From an uncultured Prolixibacteraceae bacterium (lineage in GTDB: Bacteria; Bacteroidota; Bacteroidia; Bacteroidales; Prolixibacteraceae): a stretch of 64,000 bases of DNA. Under the pieces are notes generated by a model. It was not told the origin of the DNA. It did no database searches and was given only the letters and a program-made list of their open reading frames with translations. The position numbers and the translations under genes were made by a program. The stretch lies in assembly GCA_942493345.1 (NCBI GenBank), contig OW818695.1, forward strand, positions 2,021,719 through 2,085,718, written 5' to 3'. This document shows positions 9,064 to 18,361 of this stretch, piece after piece (within the stretch, counting starts at the first letter, position 1; the number at the start of each line of letters is the position of its first letter).

Positions 9064-10707
9064 TTATTTCTGTTTTGTAAGATTTTTTTGAAACGTCATC
9101 ATCACTTTGGCGGGATAGATGCTGTTGTTGATCCAAAAATTCATCGGGTACTGAGTAAACATCGTCGGATAATCGCCATTGTGTAGTTGCTGAACACGAG
9201 TAAAGTTATTTGCGATTGATATGGCTTTGGCCAGATAAACTTCTTTTTTGGTGGCCATATAGGCATGCCAATAAGTCTCAACCATGAGACCGGTGTTGCG
9301 GGCTGATGGCATCCAAAATCCATATTGCTCGTGAACGATGGGTGTCAACCAATTTTTAGAAAACCAGCCCGGGCCTACTTTGACCGTATCCGAAGCCGGA
9401 CGGATTGTTGTATTACCTACCACAACCAAATCTTCCATTTGCTCCCAAGTGATAAACTGATCTTCAGCAAAACGAATTAATTCTTCTGCCAATTCTATAT
9501 ATTTTGGCTTGCCGTTGCTGTTCTTGAACAAATAGATAGCCATGTCACACGCTTGTTCCCTGCTCATTCGTTGATAGGGAACAGACTTTCGCATATCTAC
9601 ATCTTCGTATTGAGCCTGCCAATAGAATGTCTCTACCGGATTAGCTATCGTCCAGTTAAAAGCATCTTTGGTGGCTTTTCCCAAGCCTTCCACTTTGTAA
9701 TCTTTTTTAAGACGATCGAAATAGTTAATGATTGCTGTAGGAATCGCTATTTTATCTGCCGTTGGTTTTCCGGTTTGAGTATCAACATATAAATACCAGC
9801 TTCCATTTTCCAGTTGCGTTTTCAGATAAGTATTTGCTATCTGTTTTGCCGCATAAAAATATTTTTTCTCTTTCGTAAGATCATAAAGATCGAGATAGGC
9901 ATTACCGGCATCGGCCGCAACAATAATCATATAATTATTCAGCTGCATGTGTGAGGTTTCCTTTTTACCAATCCTGCTTCCATAATAAGTAGGTGGAAAA
10001 TATTCCAATGGCGTACCTTCTTTAAAGCTGATATTTATAAGATAATCAGCCACAATCCGGGCAAGTTCAATCGATCGGGCAACCGTATCGGCTCCCGACT
10101 TTAACCTGGCATAAGTTACAGCACCCACAATCAGTGATCCGAAGATTTTAGCAGGATATCTGTAATATTGATAATCCGGAGCCGGAGCCTTATTTGTCAG
10201 CCAATATTCGACATAGTCTTTATACATGATTTTATCCAACGCAAGCACTGCACTCCTATCGTAAGGCATTACCGGTTTTAGATACGGTCCGTTAAATGGA
10301 GCCGCCCTGAAATATCGTCCTTCCCCTGCCAATCCCAGATATTCTTCCTGTTTTGAAATACCCGTCACTTTGAGGTCGAAACTACCTACCGGCACCAATG
10401 TCCAGACCGGGCTCAACGGAGCATAAGAAATTTCACTCTCAAAACTATATTTACTTGAATCTTTCAAACTCAGAATCTCATATTTATATCGCACTGCACC
10501 TTCAATGGGCTTGATATCAAATGCAGGGGCATAAATAAATCGTTTGGCAAACTTGTTCCAGAAAGGGGATTTACCCGGAAACCCCGGACGAATCGGATTA
10601 GCTGATTTCTCCCACTCGCTTTTGCCAAAATCCGTTTGAGCAAAAGAATTAAAGGGCTTTATTAACCCTGTAAACAAGGTTAATAAAGCACAAATTATTA
10701 TTTTCAT
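9064..10707 (-). CDS. Secreted protein of unknown function, paralog 3 of the triplicated family
   Basis: 547-aa ORF with a signal peptide ending SFAQT and the same motif blocks as paralogs 1 and 2. Confidence 0.85.
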   Translation of the reverse strand: MKIIICALLTLFTGLIKPFNSFAQTDFGKSEWEKSANPIRPGFPGKSPFWNKFAKRFIYAPAFDIKPIEGAVRYKYEILSLKDSSKYSFESEISYAPLSPVWTLVPVGSFDLKVTGISKQEEYLGLAGEGRYFRAAPFNGPYLKPVMPYDRSAVLALDKIMYKDYVEYWLTNKAPAPDYQYYRYPAKIFGSLIVGAVTYARLKSGADTVARSIELARIVADYLINISFKEGTPLEYFPPTYYGSRIGKKETSHMQLNNYMIIVAADAGNAYLDLYDLTKEKKYFYAAKQIANTYLKTQLENGSWYLYVDTQTGKPTADKIAIPTAIINYFDRLKKDYKVEGLGKATKDAFNWTIANPVETFYWQAQYEDVDMRKSVPYQRMSREQACDMAIYLFKNSNGKPKYIELAEELIRFAEDQFITWEQMEDLVVVGNTTIRPASDTVKVGPGWFSKNWLTPIVHEQYGFWMPSARNTGLMVETYWHAYMATKKEVYLAKAISIANNFTRVQQLHNGDYPTMFTQYPMNFWINNSIYPAKVMMTFQKNLTKQK

Positions 10708-10747
10708 TATCCGATCATTATTTTACCGAATAAACAGGTGCTAACTA

Positions 10748-12400
10748 TTAATTTCCAAGATTTGGATTAATATTAACTTCCGCTTGTGGTATAGGCCAAT
10801 ATTCATCAATCCCTTTGCGAAAACTTCGCGTTGTAACAAACCATCTTTTATACGGATCGGCAGGTGTTGAACTGCTCTTTTTGCGGATTGCTGTTTTTGA
10901 AACCGGATATGGGTGCCCGTAAAAATCATTTTTAAGTACCTGGTCAGCAATTCCCCATCTCAGTAAATCCCAAAGTCTGATTCCTTCCATTGCCAGTTCG
11001 ACACGGCGTTCATTGCGAAGAATAGGCCTCAATAAAGAAGCATCTGTTTGAGTTATTGGAGGCATATTAACCGACGCCCTTCCTCTCACCTTATTAATTG
11101 TTTCATTTAATAACGCCTGATCTATCGCCTGTCCTGCTTCAAGTTTTGCTTCCAGGTAACTTAATAAAATTTCGGAATACCTGATAACTGGGACATTACC
11201 TCCGTAGCCAGTTGTCGGGTTTCCGGTGAAGTTTTCTTCAATATACTTTTTCAAAATAAACCCTGTTTTTGAATTTAAGTTTTGAATACGGTCAACAGAT
11301 TTTGCAGAATCTGGGTGCGTATAAATATAAGAAGCTCGAAGGGGCGCACCATTATAATACATTGTATACTTTAACCTTGGATCGCGATTTTTGCCCATAT
11401 CTTTATAATCATACCGGGGATCAGAGTAGGAAAAAGTTGAGCCATCAGTGAATTGATATGCTTCCATCAAACTTCCAAGAGGGTTTACAAGAGTATATCC
11501 TCCGATTGTACGCGGAGATAATTGTTGGATAAGAGCACTGGCAAACAGATTCGGAATAAACTGTGTGCTGAATATATTTTCACGACTATTTTCATTCGAT
11601 TCCAGAAATATAGTACTGTAATTAGGGTCAATAATGTTATCCCCAAAATCAATAATTGTTTTATAGGTAATTGCTGCATCAGCAAATAATTTCTGTGCCA
11701 ATTGAATACGACCCAAAAATGCAAGACATGCCTGCTTACAGACCCTGCCCGTTTCTGTCGAAGGAATATCCTTAAAACGAGGTAAATCAACAGAGGCTTC
11801 CTGGAATTCAGTTGTTACAAAATCTACAAGTTCCTGATGAGAAGCTTTTGTTACTGTATTCGCTTCTTCAGGTGTGAGTGTTTTGGTAATTAAGGGTACA
11901 GAACCGAAATGCTGTGACATGTAGAAATACTGACATGCCCTGATAAATCTCACTTCTGCAATTATCCTTTTCTTACGTGTTTCATCCATTGTCACCTGAT
12001 CAATATTTTCCAGGAAATCGTTACTGCGGGCAATAACTTTATAAGACATGTTCCAGAAATTACCTAATAAACCCAGATTTGATGTCATCGTTCCGTTCGT
12101 CAATTTATGCCAGGTTGTATTATCTCCCTGCCCGTGGTAGGCATTATCTGTAGCTGCTTCAAGAAATATCAAAGCCTGATATGACCACCAGGATGTAGGT
12201 ACCTGTCCGCCGGTATTTACAGCCAGGTCTCCCCTGTAAACTGCCGTAAGTGCAAGCATCGCATTTGATTCACTAGTCCAGAAAGTTGCGTTATCAAATT
12301 CATCCAATGGTGATTTTTCCAGTTGGTCTTTGCAGGAGGTGGCTATTAATATAATAAGTAAAACAATAGTGAAATGCTTTAAATGATGTATGTGTTTCAT
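10748..12400 (-). CDS. SusD/RagB-family outer-membrane nutrient-binding lipoprotein
   Basis: 550-aa ORF with a lipobox (IATSCKD). It lies directly downstream of a SusC gene. The C-terminus is typical of SusD (WPIPQAEVNINPNLGN). Confidence 0.9.
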   Translation of the reverse strand: MKHIHHLKHFTIVLLIILIATSCKDQLEKSPLDEFDNATFWTSESNAMLALTAVYRGDLAVNTGGQVPTSWWSYQALIFLEAATDNAYHGQGDNTTWHKLTNGTMTSNLGLLGNFWNMSYKVIARSNDFLENIDQVTMDETRKKRIIAEVRFIRACQYFYMSQHFGSVPLITKTLTPEEANTVTKASHQELVDFVTTEFQEASVDLPRFKDIPSTETGRVCKQACLAFLGRIQLAQKLFADAAITYKTIIDFGDNIIDPNYSTIFLESNENSRENIFSTQFIPNLFASALIQQLSPRTIGGYTLVNPLGSLMEAYQFTDGSTFSYSDPRYDYKDMGKNRDPRLKYTMYYNGAPLRASYIYTHPDSAKSVDRIQNLNSKTGFILKKYIEENFTGNPTTGYGGNVPVIRYSEILLSYLEAKLEAGQAIDQALLNETINKVRGRASVNMPPITQTDASLLRPILRNERRVELAMEGIRLWDLLRWGIADQVLKNDFYGHPYPVSKTAIRKKSSSTPADPYKRWFVTTRSFRKGIDEYWPIPQAEVNINPNLGN

Positions 12401-12410
12401 GATTTCTTAA

Positions 12411-15400
12411 TTAAAAAGTTATGTCTATGCCAAGTGTATAGGTTGACATGATCGGATAAAATTCTCCGGTTCCATTAACTTCAGGATCCCAACCTTTTTC
12501 GTATTTGCTGAACGTATGAAGATTCTCTCCACTCATATATAATCTTGCATTCGAAATGCCGATATTTTTAAGGGCTTGCTTCGATATATTATACCCAATT
12601 TGAAGATTTTTTACTCTCAAATAAGAACCATCTAATATCCAATAAGAAGATAACAGGGTATTTGGAACTCCACCACCCGGAACTTTTTCTATGCGTGGAT
12701 AAATTGCATTCCTGTCTGGATTTTGCTCCGTCCAGCGACCTTCATATTGCCAGCGTTGTATATTTCCGGTATTCTGGTTCAAGGCCCAGCTTGCATAGCT
12801 TTGAAGTCTGCCTTTAACACCAGCAATACCTTGCAATAAAATACTTAAATCAAACCCTTTATATTTCACTCCAAGGTTAACACCATAGCTATATTTTGGG
12901 ATCTGGCTTCCCAGAACCACCCTGTCATAAGTAGCATTTACAATTCCGTCAGGAACCCCTTCCGGCCCACTTATATCTTTATACCGGATGTCGCCCGGTT
13001 TAGGATTTGGATTTATACTCTGTTGATCATTCGTCGTTTCATAATCGATGACATCCTGTGCATCAACATAAAGCCCATCGGCAACATAACCGTAATAAAG
13101 CGCATAACTACCATTCGAATTTGGATAACCTATAAAAAGGTCGCTACCATTACCAACCATTCCATTGGGCTGATTAATATTACCTACTCCCAAATCAAGA
13201 ACTTTATTGTTTACGATGGTAAAATTTGCACTAATATTATATGAGAATTCGCCCAGAGTATTACTATGATTTGCAGTAAATTCCCAACCCCGATTCTGCA
13301 ATTCTCCTGTGTTTTGCTGCGACAGGCCAAAACCTAAAACATTCGACACACTAGTAGCCGGGCTATATAAAATGTCATAAGTATACCGATCGAAATACGT
13401 TGCGGAAATATTCAATTTGTTTTCAAACACACTGATGTCCACACCAATATCTTTCGTACGGGTAGACTCCCAATGCAGAGTGCTATCAACCAACGTGGTG
13501 CGTGCAGCTCCAGGCGATATTCCACCACCAAAAGAATACGTTGTGCCGGTTGAAGAAATTAAGGTATTTTGATACGGATAATTGGAAATATTCTGATTCC
13601 CTAATACTCCCCATGAAGCCTTTATTTTCAATTCATTTATCCAGGATATATTATCTTTAATAAATTTTTCCTTGCCAATACTCCAGCCTGCAGCTAACGA
13701 AGGGAATACAGCATACTTCTGGCTGGTTGGAAAACGGGAAGATCCATCTCTTCTAACTACACCCTCTATTAAGTATTTACCTGCAAAATTATAGTTTGCA
13801 CGTGCAAATTGCGATTCTAATGCATATTCTGCGCCAGTTCCGTCCGACTGCTGATTATCAGGAGAACCGGTTTGCAATACTGTAAGATCATTACTTGGCA
13901 AATTATCACGATATGCTTCAAAGTTTTCGGCTGTATAATTTTCAAAAGAATAGCCTGCAAGAAAACTAATAAAATGTTTGTTGAATTGTTTTGAATAATC
14001 GGCCAACCCCTGTATGGTATAATATTCATTGTTTCCGGTTTCTTCTCTCAGGAAATTGGGGCCAACTGTTATATCGTTATTCAGTCGTTGCGTTGACCTG
14101 AAGGTTTTATCACGACTAATATTTTGCCTGTATCCTGCGATAAACGATAATTTCAAATCTTTTATCACTTTATAATCCAGTCTTATATTTCCAGTAAGAT
14201 TTAATTGTTTTCCCCAGTAAAAAGATTTGCTTGCAAGATCGGATACAGGAGTTCCGTTGCTGCTCAAACCTACACCAAAGTCTCCATTATCATATTGGCT
14301 AACAAATATATTAGGCAACCTGGCTGCCTGTTCAATCATATTGAGCATATTTCCCGAGCTTCCACCGGCCGGTGCTATAGGCTCGTTCACTTTTGAAGAT
14401 ATAGCCGCTAAGCGTGTAGTTAAACTAAATTTTGGACTAAAGGTGGTAACCATATTCAAACGTACGTTATAGCGTGAATAATCGTTCTTAATTACCATTC
14501 CGTCTTGGTATAAATATCCAAATGACAGATTATATTTATTCGTATTTGTACCGCCGCTTATATTAATATTATGACCGGTTTGCATACCATTTTTAGAAAT
14601 AATAGCATCCAAAAAGTTGGTGTTCGGATAATTAGGGTCATTTTGAGCTCTGTATTTCTCAACTTCATCCATCTGAGCCTGAGTTAATTGTGAAGTACCA
14701 TTTTCCGCTTCATAATACGCCTGTTGGTATTCCCACGAATTTACATATTCTGGCATCGCCGTAGGAACCTGACTGGCGACATAAGAACTTAGCGAAATTT
14801 GGGGCTTTCCCTCTTTCCCCGATTTTGTAGTCACAAGGATCACACCATTTGCGGCCCTGGATCCATAAATAGCCGCAGAAGAAGCATCTTTCAAAACAGA
14901 TATAGTTTCTACATCATTGGGGTCAATATCATTAAAATTATCTACCGGGGTTCCGTCCACCAAAATCAAAGCATTCGGCGCTGCGCCAAAAGAGCCCACA
15001 CCACGAACACTGATGGTTCCGCTGGAGACGCCTGGTCTGCCACCGCGTTGCGTAACAATTACACCTGCAAGTTGGCCCGTTAGAACATTCTTTAATTCAG
15101 ATACCGATCGGCTAGCAATTTTATCAGTCGACATCTGTGCGATTGAGCCAATTACATTTTCACGTTTTTGAGTGCCATATCCTACAACCACAATTTCCTC
15201 CAATCCTTTTACATCTTCGTCAAGGGTTACATTGATTATAGGTCGTCCATTTACAGCTATTTCCTGCGTCTTCATCCCGATAAACGAAAACACCAGCATG
15301 GCATCTCCCATTAAATCATTGAGCGCATAATTTCCTTCCGAATCAGTAATTGTCCCCTGTGCAGTACCTTGGATTGCAACCGTTGCTCCAGGAACAGGCT

Positions 15401-15845
15401 CTTGTCGAACATTTGTTACTTTCCCACTGACTTTTATTTTCTTTTGTGTCTGATAGGAATTACTCCTCAGAACAATCTGACGATCATGTATTTCATAGGA
15501 AACTTCGGTCCCCATAAAAACCAGGTTAAGTAATTCTTCCAACGACTTGTCTTTAATATTGATGTCAACCTTTCTGGTTACATCAACTTCTTCATTCTTA
15601 TACAAGAAAAAGAATTCGCTCTGGTCTTCAATATCCCGCAATACTTCTTTTACTGAAGCATTTTTCACAGAAACACTAAGCTGCGTTTGTTGCGAATAAA
15701 CACTTGCACTGACATGCACAAAGGCGATCATTAGAATAAACAAGGTTAATTTCATAATACGTAACCATTTAAACAAGGGACTAGAGTGTCCCCCGACATT
15801 TAACCACTTTTTTTTCATAAATTTGCAATTATTAGTGTTATACAA
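12411..15845 (-). CDS. SusC/RagA-family TonB-dependent transporter with an N-terminal anti-sigma signalling (STN-type) extension
   Basis: 1144-aa ORF. It has an N-terminal extension (VKEVLRDIEDQSEFFFLYKNEE), a carboxypeptidase-regulatory-like domain (GKVTNVRQEPVPGATVAIQG...TDSEGNYAL), a plug (VVVGYGTQKREN) and a barrel ending in ...GIDITF. The true start is probably the internal MKKKWLNV (15818). Confidence 0.92.
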   Translation of the reverse strand: MYNTNNCKFMKKKWLNVGGHSSPLFKWLRIMKLTLFILMIAFVHVSASVYSQQTQLSVSVKNASVKEVLRDIEDQSEFFFLYKNEEVDVTRKVDINIKDKSLEELLNLVFMGTEVSYEIHDRQIVLRSNSYQTQKKIKVSGKVTNVRQEPVPGATVAIQGTAQGTITDSEGNYALNDLMGDAMLVFSFIGMKTQEIAVNGRPIINVTLDEDVKGLEEIVVVGYGTQKRENVIGSIAQMSTDKIASRSVSELKNVLTGQLAGVIVTQRGGRPGVSSGTISVRGVGSFGAAPNALILVDGTPVDNFNDIDPNDVETISVLKDASSAAIYGSRAANGVILVTTKSGKEGKPQISLSSYVASQVPTAMPEYVNSWEYQQAYYEAENGTSQLTQAQMDEVEKYRAQNDPNYPNTNFLDAIISKNGMQTGHNINISGGTNTNKYNLSFGYLYQDGMVIKNDYSRYNVRLNMVTTFSPKFSLTTRLAAISSKVNEPIAPAGGSSGNMLNMIEQAARLPNIFVSQYDNGDFGVGLSSNGTPVSDLASKSFYWGKQLNLTGNIRLDYKVIKDLKLSFIAGYRQNISRDKTFRSTQRLNNDITVGPNFLREETGNNEYYTIQGLADYSKQFNKHFISFLAGYSFENYTAENFEAYRDNLPSNDLTVLQTGSPDNQQSDGTGAEYALESQFARANYNFAGKYLIEGVVRRDGSSRFPTSQKYAVFPSLAAGWSIGKEKFIKDNISWINELKIKASWGVLGNQNISNYPYQNTLISSTGTTYSFGGGISPGAARTTLVDSTLHWESTRTKDIGVDISVFENKLNISATYFDRYTYDILYSPATSVSNVLGFGLSQQNTGELQNRGWEFTANHSNTLGEFSYNISANFTIVNNKVLDLGVGNINQPNGMVGNGSDLFIGYPNSNGSYALYYGYVADGLYVDAQDVIDYETTNDQQSINPNPKPGDIRYKDISGPEGVPDGIVNATYDRVVLGSQIPKYSYGVNLGVKYKGFDLSILLQGIAGVKGRLQSYASWALNQNTGNIQRWQYEGRWTEQNPDRNAIYPRIEKVPGGGVPNTLLSSYWILDGSYLRVKNLQIGYNISKQALKNIGISNARLYMSGENLHTFSKYEKGWDPEVNGTGEFYPIMSTYTLGIDITF

Positions 15846-15896
15846 ATCCCGTAAGGGGTTATTTAACCTGATTTCATGTACCGCATGAAGTTTGAA

Positions 15897-15918
15897 GGAA
15901 AGTGTTCCCGCACTTTCC
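15897..15918 (-). promoter_or_regulatory. Conserved stem-loop between the FecR stop and the SusC start (copy 1)
   Basis: GGAAAGTG TTCCCG CACTTTCC, an 8-bp stem with a 6-nt loop. It lies 9 nt past the FecR stop codon. It matches 35761-35782 at 21 of 22 positions. Confidence 0.6.
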
Positions 15919-15926
15919 TTTTTTTA

Positions 15927-16892
15927 TCAGGGTTTACTGATCTTTACTATAGTTTCATTGATTTCATATTTCATATCTGATGTTAATGACAATACTTGCA
16001 GCATTTCGCGCAAACTTTCAGTTTTTATAGTTGTGGTGTATCGTTCGCTGATATCCAAGTTCTCGTCAACCACAATTTTGACATCATACCAGCGTTCCAT
16101 TTTTTTCAGTATTTCAGAAAGTGGGGCATTTTCAAAGCGCAATATATTTTCTTTCCAGGAAGTATATAATTCGGTATCGACTTTAAAAAGTTTTGGCGTT
16201 TTTGATTGTTTTGAAAACTCGAATTGTTCTCCGGGACTCAACTCGAATTTCTTATTGAGGCCCGAAAGAAAAATATTTACAGAACCTTCTTCCAGTGTTA
16301 TAAATATATCGTCTTCAGGATAGGAATATACATTAAATTTTGTTCCCAGCACCAAAACGTCTATTGCCCCGGCATGTACGTTAAACGGTTTTCTCTCGTC
16401 TTTTGCTACTTCGAAATAAGCTTCGCCTTCAACAAAAACATTTCGTTGCCGGCCATTAAATACAACCGGATATTTAAACGTTGTACCTGAATTGAGCCAC
16501 ACTTTGGTTCCGTCGTACAAAGTAACGACCGATTTTTCGCCATTAGGCACCAGTATCTCGTTATATTCTTCGGAAAGCTGATTGATTTGTTTTTGCCCGG
16601 TAAAGTAAAGAGACAAGGCCCCGATCAGAAACGCAAAAATAAAGACGGCAGCATATTTCAGGATTGAAAGCAACGGTTTAATACTTACCAATTTGGCAGA
16701 ATTTCCGTTTTCAAAGAATTTTTGAGAATGTTGAGGCTTCACCTCCTTTAAACCAGTAAGTACCCAGAGGTTTTTCAGCTCGTTGTATCTTTTTTGATTC
16801 AACTCTGAAGCGTCGATCCAATCCAGAATATCACGAACTTCATCGGCTGAGAGGATTGTGCCTTGAATGTATTGCATTAACTTTTCTTCCAT
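15927..16892 (-). CDS. FecR-family anti-sigma factor (transmembrane sensor)
   Basis: 321-aa ORF located between an ECF sigma gene and a SusC gene. It has a single central TM segment (YAAVFIFAFLIGALSLYF) and a periplasmic FecR-like domain. Confidence 0.88.
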   Translation of the reverse strand: MEEKLMQYIQGTILSADEVRDILDWIDASELNQKRYNELKNLWVLTGLKEVKPQHSQKFFENGNSAKLVSIKPLLSILKYAAVFIFAFLIGALSLYFTGQKQINQLSEEYNEILVPNGEKSVVTLYDGTKVWLNSGTTFKYPVVFNGRQRNVFVEGEAYFEVAKDERKPFNVHAGAIDVLVLGTKFNVYSYPEDDIFITLEEGSVNIFLSGLNKKFELSPGEQFEFSKQSKTPKLFKVDTELYTSWKENILRFENAPLSEILKKMERWYDVKIVVDENLDISERYTTTIKTESLREMLQVLSLTSDMKYEINETIVKISKP

Positions 16893-16955
16893 AGGACTGA
16901 AAGGTTTTATAAGTATAACCGAATGGAGATATTTTACCCTAACGCGAAAGGTGAA

Positions 16956-17543
16956 TTATTTCAGAAAAAATAAAATATAGAGCAGTGGAAGGTATTCTTT
17001 TAGTTCCATCCGAAGATGTTTAAGCGCTTTTGAAATATGGGCCTCTACTGTTTTGATACTGATTCCGAGTTCGTCGGCAATCTCCCTGTTCTTTTTATCT
17101 TCGTAACGGCTTTTTTCGAAAACAGTACGTACCGATAGCGATAACTTGGAAAGGGCTTCGTCAACTTTTTGTTGTAGCTCTTCGAACACAAAGTTGCTGG
17201 TGTCAAAATCAGAGAGGGATTTATAGTTGATTTCCATTTCTCGGACTCTTAAATAGTCACCATACCTTTGCTTCGTCCGTTCTTTGCTGATTTGCTTCAG
17301 CGACTTGTTCTTTGTAACCGTAAACAACCAAGCCTGAATATTCGTATCGTCCTGAAGGTTTTTCCGATGTTCCCAAAGTTCGGTAAAAACATCCTGTACC
17401 AAGCTATTAGCGGCCTCGGCGTCCAGCAAATACTGATTAGCGAAATACGACAATTTTGGGTAGAAAAAGCTGTACAAACCTTCAAACACAGGTTCATCGC
17501 CCGATTTAATTTTTTGTGCTATTTCCGATCCTGATAGGTTCAC
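16956..17543 (-). CDS. ECF-type RNA polymerase sigma-70 factor
   Basis: 195-aa ORF. Region 2 reads LVQDVFTELWEHRKNL and the region 4 HTH reads ELGISIKTVEAHISKALKHLR. Confidence 0.9.
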   Translation of the reverse strand: MNLSGSEIAQKIKSGDEPVFEGLYSFFYPKLSYFANQYLLDAEAANSLVQDVFTELWEHRKNLQDDTNIQAWLFTVTKNKSLKQISKERTKQRYGDYLRVREMEINYKSLSDFDTSNFVFEELQQKVDEALSKLSLSVRTVFEKSRYEDKKNREIADELGISIKTVEAHISKALKHLRMELKEYLPLLYILFFLK

Positions 17544-17875
17544 TTGCGTTTGGTCTTGCGAAATTAACTTGCTTCAACAAATCAAAAGTAGACAGAAAAA
17601 TTCATATTTGTGACTTCTGAACAGATTGCTTTTAGTCAAAGCATCCACATAAAAAAGAAATTGTTTATACAAATTCCGTTTTTTGAACTCCTCCCACATT
17701 CGCTTGTGCAAGATTTAGATTGCAGAAAAGAATCTCCTAAAATCTTTTTCAATAGTTGAGTTTTCTAAGGTGTTTTTCATATTTACTGGACACTCGTTAT
17801 TTGACTACAGATTTCACACAAAAATCAAAACTTTTTGCCGTAAATTGTCCTTCATAATAATTAAAACCGAATAAA

Positions 17876-18307
17876 ATGAAACTAGCAAACGAATTCAGGG
17901 ACTTTGCCATGCGTGGCAATGTGGTCGACATGGCTGTGGGTATCATTATTGGCGGGGCTTTCGGGAAAATTATCTCCTCGCTGGTAAACGATGTGATTAT
18001 GCCTCCTATCGGGCTTTTGGTTGGAGGAATCGATTTTAAAGATCTGAAAGTGATGATGACTGACGACGTACTTAACGCGGCAGGCGAAGTAGTTACCAAA
18101 GGGGCTACGCTCAATTACGGGATGTTTGTTCAAACGACTTTCGATTTTCTGATCATTGCTTTTGCCATTTTTATGGCTATAAAAATGATGAACAAGCTGA
18201 AACGCAGAGAGGAAGCGAAACCTGTTGCGGCACCGGAACCACCGGCCCCGACGCGCGAAGAAGAACTGCTGGCCGAAATTCGCGATTTGCTGAAAAACAA
18301 AGCATAA
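17876..18307 (+). CDS. mscL: Large-conductance mechanosensitive channel
   Basis: 143-aa ORF with the hallmark N-terminus [33 protein letters not shown] and two TM segments. Confidence 0.95.
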   Translation: MKLANEFRDFAMRGNVVDMAVGIIIGGAFGKIISSLVNDVIMPPIGLLVGGIDFKDLKVMMTDDVLNAAGEVVTKGATLNYGMFVQTTFDFLIIAFAIFMAIKMMNKLKRREEAKPVAAPEPPAPTREEELLAEIRDLLKNKA

Positions 18308-18361
18308 AATATCGTTTTGCCGTAATTCCGATTTCGTGTACCTTCGGCTTTTTAATTAACG

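Noticed and set aside
15892-16323. 143-aa plus-strand ORF
   Set aside because: It is antisense to the FecR gene and overlaps the conserved hairpin. It has a low-complexity Ser/Phe/Ile composition.
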